A stretch of 63,976 bases of DNA, filler included, from Pseudomonadota bacterium (lineage in GTDB: Bacteria > Desulfobacterota > Desulfobacteria > Desulfobacterales > JBDRRP01), in the NCBI GenBank assembly GCA_043825735.1. It is 7 parts of 7 records of this genome, joined end to end, with 100 filler letters (N's around TTAATTAATTAA, not from the genome) between each part and the next. Parts side by side here need not be neighbours in the genome. Positions count along the whole stretch, not along the records: positions 59,090 to 61,202 come from JBDRRP010000119.1; positions 61,303 to 63,976 come from JBDRRP010000122.1; 5 more parts are not named here. One strand, given 5' to 3'. Positions 59,460 to 63,976 of this stretch are shown here, piece by piece (within the stretch, counting starts at the first letter, position 1; every line of letters starts with the position of its first letter). Under the pieces are notes generated by a model. That model did not search any database. It saw only the letters and a program-made list of their open reading frames with translations, and was not told the origin of the DNA. Position numbers and translations under genes: made by a program.

Positions 59460-59908
59460 TGAGCGAAGCCGATATCAGGGGGCGGATTGCGACTATACTC
59501 GCGGGCGTGTCCGGCATTGGCGTGGTGCATGAATATCAGCGCTGGGCCGCTACCTGGGAGAAATTTCTGGACCATTTCAAAGATGCGGACAATAAGATCA
59601 ACGGCTGCTGCATCAGCCGGGCCGCTACGCCGGCATTTCGCAAAACCATGCCGACGATCGAGCGCGAGCACAAATACATGATCCGCTGCTATTATGGTTT
59701 AAACGATGCCGCCGGCAGCGAGCTGATTTTCCAGGCGCTGGTCGAGGGCATCCAGACAGCGTTTGACAGCAATCACAGCCTGGGCGGATATGTGCTCAAC
59801 AGCGGCCCGCTCCAGGTGCGGATCATCGAGCCGCGCATGTTCGGCGGCGTGCTGTGTCACTATGCCGAGCTGGAGCTGCCGGCAACCGAGCGCGTAACAT
59901 ACAGCTAA
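59459..59908 (+). CDS. Phage tail terminator-like protein
   Basis: Coupled to the upstream gene, 149 aa, sits between gp10-like and tail tube genes; FGGVLCHYAELEL. Confidence 0.6.
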   Translation: MSEADIRGRIATILAGVSGIGVVHEYQRWAATWEKFLDHFKDADNKINGCCISRAATPAFRKTMPTIEREHKYMIRCYYGLNDAAGSELIFQALVEGIQTAFDSNHSLGGYVLNSGPLQVRIIEPRMFGGVLCHYAELELPATERVTYS

Positions 59909-59923
59909 CGAGGAGGAATTCCC

Positions 59924-60103
59924 ATGTCAAGCGAAAACGTAAATGAAGCCCGGACCATCCTGCTGGACAAAGACGGCAACGTACTGCCGGTACCGGCGGG
60001 GACCGATCCGCATCTGGAAAAAAAACAAAAAACAGGGACCAGGGATACAAAAATTACGACCAGGGCGCCGGTCTCCGCGCCCGCAAAAGGAGGTAAGTCA
60101 TGA
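59924..60103 (+). CDS. Small phage protein (59 aa) preceding the tail tube gene
   Basis: GAGGAGG then ATG; MSSENVNEARTILLDKDGNVLPVPAG...; ATGA overlap with the next gene. Not in the ORF track. Confidence 0.65.
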   Translation: MSSENVNEARTILLDKDGNVLPVPAGTDPHLEKKQKTGTRDTKITTRAPVSAPAKGGKS

Positions 60104-61026
60104 CGCTGCTCAAACAACGTTGCCAGATCGCCTGCGAGATCGAGGCGGAAGAAGGCACGGCCGAAACGCTGGAAGGCGCCGATGCGTTTTTAGCATTTAA
60201 CCCGAGGTTTAAACCGAGCATCGAGGCATTCCCCCGCGATCCGGTTCGGAGTTCGCTCTCGCCGCATCCGAGCGCGTTCGGCAAGCGCAGCGCCACGCTC
60301 GGCTTTGATGTGGAGCTGGTGGGCGGAACGGCCGGGGCCGCCATTCATTTTTCGGACGCGCTGAAAGCCTGCGGCGTGGGCGAGACCTTGGTGGCTGTAA
60401 CCAGCGCCACCTACAAACCGGCGTCGGCCAGCGTGCCGTCCGTGACGCTGGGGCTGTATATCGACGGCAAATCCTATACCATCAAGGGCGCGCGCGGCAC
60501 GGCACGGCTGCTGCTGGAAGCCGGAAAGCCCGGCATTTTGAGCATGGATTTTACCGGCGCGGATTTTACCGAGGCGGACGCGGCTCTTTTGACCACCGGG
60601 GTGGTGCTATCCAGCATAATCCCGCCGGCGTTTCAGGGCGCAACATTCACCATCGATGCGTTTGCCGCTGTGCTTTCCAAACTCGAAATTGATTTTGGCA
60701 ACCAGGTCGCCCTGCGGCAGGATGTTAATGCGGCCTCCGGACACAAGAGCGCGGTGATCACCAACCGGCGGCCGACGATGTCGTTCGACCCCGAAAACGC
60801 GCTGGTGGCCAGCGAGGATTTTCTGGGCAACTGGAGAAGCGGCGCGCTGATGGCGCTGTCCACGGTACTGGGCACCGGCGCCGGCAAAATCATCACCATT
60901 ACGGCCCCGCAGGTGCAATATCAGGATGTCAGCATGGGGGACCGCGACGGTCTGTCGGTGTTTGAGATCAGCGGCCTGCTGTGCCTTAGCGCCGGCGACG
61001 ATGAGTGGTCGATTGCGATAACATAA
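60100..61026 (+). CDS. Phage major tail tube protein (siphovirus type)
   Basis: AGGAGG RBS; 308 aa, beta-rich; IACEIEAEEGT, L.ACG, I.GARG, IDFGN, GDRDG, GDDEWSI. No sheath gene upstream. Confidence 0.75.
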   Translation: MTLLKQRCQIACEIEAEEGTAETLEGADAFLAFNPRFKPSIEAFPRDPVRSSLSPHPSAFGKRSATLGFDVELVGGTAGAAIHFSDALKACGVGETLVAVTSATYKPASASVPSVTLGLYIDGKSYTIKGARGTARLLLEAGKPGILSMDFTGADFTEADAALLTTGVVLSSIIPPAFQGATFTIDAFAAVLSKLEIDFGNQVALRQDVNAASGHKSAVITNRRPTMSFDPENALVASEDFLGNWRSGALMALSTVLGTGAGKIITITAPQVQYQDVSMGDRDGLSVFEISGLLCLSAGDDEWSIAIT

Positions 61027-61086
61027 AAACAGGGGCCAGGGGTCAGGTGTCGGGGTCCAGGAAAAGAAAATAAGGAGAAAATAAAT

Positions 61087-61202
61087 ATGTTGAAAATTGA
61101 TGCGGCCGTTCAATCCTATGAGAGCATGCCGGTGGAATATAAGGACGGCGCGGTTTTAAACCTGCGCCCGTATCCGGCCAGCAGGGCCAACTTTGAATTT
61201 AA
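61087..61202 (+). CDS. Probable tail assembly chaperone, 3' partial
   Basis: AAGGAG RBS; MLKIDAAVQSYESMPVEYKDGAVLNLRPYP...; position after the tube gene. Confidence 0.5.
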
Positions 61203-61319
61203 NNNNNNNNNNNNNNNNNNNNNNNNNNNNNNNNNNNNNNNNNNNNTTAATTAATTAANNNNNNNNNNNNNNNNNNNNNNNNNNNNNNNNNNNNNNNNNN
61301 NNATGCTTTAACGCTCCCC

Positions 61320-61652
61320 TTACGCTGCGCTTTCCATCGAACACCCGCTGCACAGATCCAGGGCCAGCATGACGATACTGCTCCAGCGATTGTCATAATC
61401 GTGGGCGTCCCACTTCGGGAAAAGCTCGGTGTCTCTCAGAAAATTTCTGACCTGCATCCCTTCTCGCAGGTGTACCGGGTGCGGGATCCTTTTGCCGCCG
61501 CCAATGTCAACGGCAAGGACCGCGCGGGCAAAGTCTTTTACGAAATACTCATCGCGCAGCATGGTGAAAAAGGCCAAGAAATCATAGCCCATCCTTCTGG
61601 CCAGAAGCCGTGCGGCGGCCTCAAAACGATTTCCTGTGATTGGGACTACCAT
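61320..61652 (-). CDS. Phage hypothetical protein
   Basis: GGAGG then ATG, 110 aa, followed by another RBS at the fragment end. Confidence 0.6.
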   Translation of the reverse strand: MVVPITGNRFEAAARLLARRMGYDFLAFFTMLRDEYFVKDFARAVLAVDIGGGKRIPHPVHLREGMQVRNFLRDTELFPKWDAHDYDNRWSSIVMLALDLCSGCSMESAA

Positions 61653-61816
61653 GGGTGCCTCCGTTGAATCTTTCTGTGTGTGATATTGGGAACTCAGAAG
61701 ATGTGTATTGTGTTAAATCGCACTCTCAGTGAGATTTCAAGAACAAAGTGCAACCCGTTGGTACGGAAAACATAGCCCCACAACATATAGCGTTTTAGAA
61801 ATGCCCTGACACAAAT

Positions 61817-61858
61817 AAAAAGCGGGCAGCGACCGCTTCGGCCCCTGCCCGCTTCTTA
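61817..61858. terminator. Intrinsic terminator
   Basis: AAGCGGGCAG...CTGCCCGCTT stem with T-rich tails on both strands. Confidence 0.65.
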
Positions 61859-61883
61859 TTGGCAGTGAGATTTCAGGGCGCAA

Positions 61884-62645
61884 TTATGCTGCGGCCTTCT
61901 GTTCCTCTGCACCCGCCCCGTCGCCGGCGGCGTCGTTGGTATCGTGAGCGGCGATGTCCAGCTTGCTCAAGATGGGCGCCATCTTGGCGTGATACGCCGC
62001 CATGGCCTCCAGCTCCGGGCCTTCCAGCACGCCGATGGTCTTGAACAGGATGCGGCTGTAGTCGTCCTTGGCCGCATTCTGCGCAGTTTCCAGGCTCATG
62101 CGGGTGATGACCTGGTGCGAGCGCTTCATCATCCGGCCGATGCCGTACATATAGAGCTTTGCGTTCTTGAGGCTCATCGCCGGAACGTAAAGAACCATGG
62201 GCATCGGGTTGTCGGGCGTGACGAAGAAGATGGCCCGTTTCAGGTTGCACTTCTGGCCGCGGCCGTTTTTGTCCGTGCCGAACTGTGCGTAGGCGCAGGC
62301 CTCGCAGTCGCCGCCAGGATCGCCCTTGCCGGTCACTGCATCGTTGGACGTGCAGTTGGGCGGGGTTCCCTTGGCGTCGTCATCGAGCCACATGCTGCGG
62401 GTCATGGCCTGGTGGATGATGATGCAGTCCAGCTCCTTGACGGCGGCAATGCCGTCCTCGGCCATCGGATCGGGAACTTCCCAGATCTTGCTGCCGCCGG
62501 AGGGGACCTTGATGCGGTCCAGATCGGTGGGCTTGAGCGCCTCGCCAGCCAGGTTCTCCTGGATGATAGCCAGAACCTCAGTCACATCACCTTTCATCAT
62601 GGCGAAATCGCCGCCCACTACCATCACTTCTTTTCCTTTTGCCAT
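61884..62645 (-). CDS. Phage replication-module protein, putative Zn-binding ssDNA-binding protein
   Basis: LDRIKVPSGG, PPNCTSND..TG, CEACAYAQFG, GQKC, P.MSLKN, acidic tail; AAGGAG RBS. Confidence 0.6.
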   Translation of the reverse strand: MAKGKEVMVVGGDFAMMKGDVTEVLAIIQENLAGEALKPTDLDRIKVPSGGSKIWEVPDPMAEDGIAAVKELDCIIIHQAMTRSMWLDDDAKGTPPNCTSNDAVTGKGDPGGDCEACAYAQFGTDKNGRGQKCNLKRAIFFVTPDNPMPMVLYVPAMSLKNAKLYMYGIGRMMKRSHQVITRMSLETAQNAAKDDYSRILFKTIGVLEGPELEAMAAYHAKMAPILSKLDIAAHDTNDAAGDGAGAEEQKAAA

Positions 62646-62856
62646 TGTGCGTTGTCTCCTTGATCGTTGATCGTTGTTTGCCGTTCGGCGATGGCCGGCG
62701 CGCCCTTACACGCGCAGGCCGCAGGGCACTGCGATACAAAACCGTGTCCAACATTATTCCCTATAAGCCACCCCCATACGTCTTGGTTCCAGCCGTGATC
62801 GGTCGGTCAACCGATTTTATAAAGAGAGCCCGGCCCGATGCCAGGCCCAGCGAACA

Positions 62857-63387
62857 CTACGACTTGATGCTTTTGAGCGTTGACACCGTGTCGTCTGCCA
62901 AAAGGCTTTTAAGGGCTTCCGGCATCGGCATGTCGTTTTTCACCAGCTCTGCGACAAAAGCCGTCAAGGTTTTGGAATTGACGCCCTCTTTTACCAGGTG
63001 CTTGGTTGAGTCGTCCTTTTTCATGGCTTCGATGATGGCGTTGTCATCACCCAGCTTTTTGGCAACGACGCGCTCATGGACATAGATGGTGCGCCCACCG
63101 ATTTTCATCTGATCGATCGTGGCGGTCGCAAACTGCTCCAGGAGAAACGGCTCCATGCGGGCGCGCTCTTTCTTGATTTTCTCAAGCTCCATGGTCAGCC
63201 GGTCCTTTTCGTTTTCAAGAAACGCAAACCGGAGCAGTTTTGTAAGATCGATGACGGGGGCTTCAAACTGGTCAAAAATGTCTTCGGTGGACAACGTCCG
63301 CGCCCCGTCCGGAACGGTTCCGAAGGCGTCTTCCATGGTCAGACCGTCTTCTGGATCACATAAAGCGAGATTTGATGATTTAGGCAT
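62857..63387 (-). CDS. Phage hypothetical coiled-coil protein of the replication module
   Basis: AAGGA then ATG 63387; acidic N-terminus, coiled coil, LVKEGVNSKTLTAFVAE motif. Confidence 0.6.
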   Translation of the reverse strand: MPKSSNLALCDPEDGLTMEDAFGTVPDGARTLSTEDIFDQFEAPVIDLTKLLRFAFLENEKDRLTMELEKIKKERARMEPFLLEQFATATIDQMKIGGRTIYVHERVVAKKLGDDNAIIEAMKKDDSTKHLVKEGVNSKTLTAFVAELVKNDMPMPEALKSLLADDTVSTLKSIKS

Positions 63388-63445
63388 GGCATTTCCTTTA
63401 CATATAGTAAGATTTAAAAACATGGAAAAACAAAAAACATCAAGT

Positions 63446-63976
63446 TTAAAAGTTCATGAGCGACACCTGGCCGGTCTGTGGCTTTCGTTTTTGCAGCATC
63501 TTCGTGCTTCGCTGCGCGAGGATCCTGGCCAGGTGATTTTCAAGCGGTTCCACACGGATGGGCGCTGCCGGCCGGTCCGGCGTAAGATGTACCAGGCCAA
63601 GGCGCACATTGCCCTGCACGTAACCTTCCAATAGCTAAATATGCCGGTACGTGGTGAGCTGCAGGGCGTATTTTGCAATGTCGCAGTCATCAAGGTCCGC
63701 GATCGGCGGCAGGGCCGTATCCCAGCGGTTAGCCATCGTGATCTCTTTGTTTTGTTTCCAGTCGAGGATGATAAAATCCCCGGTTTTACGGCACTGCATC
63801 AAAAGATCGATCATTCCTGAGATTTTGAGCTTTATGGAGAAAATGATAAGCTCTGCGGCCACAAAGTTGTAGTGTTTGAGAAGCGTCGGGAAAAACTGAT
63901 CGATCCGGCTAAACAAGGCCGCCGTGCGATTGCTGATCGGTGCCGGGCACTCCACCCGGGGCGGGCCGAACGTCTG
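63446..63976 (-). pseudogene. PD-(D/E)XK nuclease (5' partial) interrupted by an in-frame TAG at 63635-63637
   Basis: E..I......SGMIDLL......IILDWK, YALQLTTY. Track ORFs 63635..63955 and 63446..63631 are in the same frame either side of a single stop. Confidence 0.7.

Noticed and set aside
61303..63976. Alternative genetic code (TAG reassigned) in the phage
   Set aside because: TAG serves as a normal stop at 62857 and 58447, and only one internal TAG was seen.

Overview
The window is not contiguous. It joins seven fragments with six artificial 100-nt spacers (N44-TTAATTAATTAA-N44): 1-26520, 26621-46024, 46125-50150, 50251-54998, 55099-58989, 59090-61202 and 61303-63976. Adjacency across spacers has no biological meaning. 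Gene content suggests a GC-rich sulfate-reducer-like deltaproteobacterium (Desulfobacterales-like; inference). Fragment 1 holds a TAXI-TRAP transporter with a DctB-like sensor/NarL-type regulator, a core run (radical SAM, rnc, PHP, dksA, fabD, hemA, ccsA, sirC, RNase Z-like, DHH), an ArsB/NhaD transporter coupled to a catalytically degenerate eIF2B-like protein, clpB, a sigma54 two-component system, oadG/oadB and the 3' end of a PFOR with a two-Cys tail. Fragment 2 holds a >2400-aa mosaic PilY1 adhesin, PilY2-like, DUF4124, a GspE/PilB ATPase, a LysM/TsaP-like protein, groESL, an unannotated bS22-like ribosomal protein, hflKC, dciA-like and a tRNA methyltransferase. Fragment 3 is a defence-island piece: an IS1634-like end abutting a DUF6079 (BREX type 3 BrxC-like) gene, then a coupled DUF4062 + Schlafen/AlbA-HATPase-HTH pair and a 10-bp-phased repeat array. 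Fragment 4 holds cobA-hemD, hemC, a hipBA-like module whose toxin has an in-frame internal deletion, a 9-bp VNTR and an IS3 left end. Fragments 5-7 are prophage pieces (replication and tail modules) with signs of decay or sequencing error and a candidate origin bounded by a perfect 21-bp inverted repeat. The best candidates for undescribed systems are the DUF4062/AlbA pair nested in a BREX-like locus and the transporter/pseudo-eIF2B pair. No tRNA, rRNA or CRISPR array was seen. All family calls come from motif recognition by eye, not from database searches.
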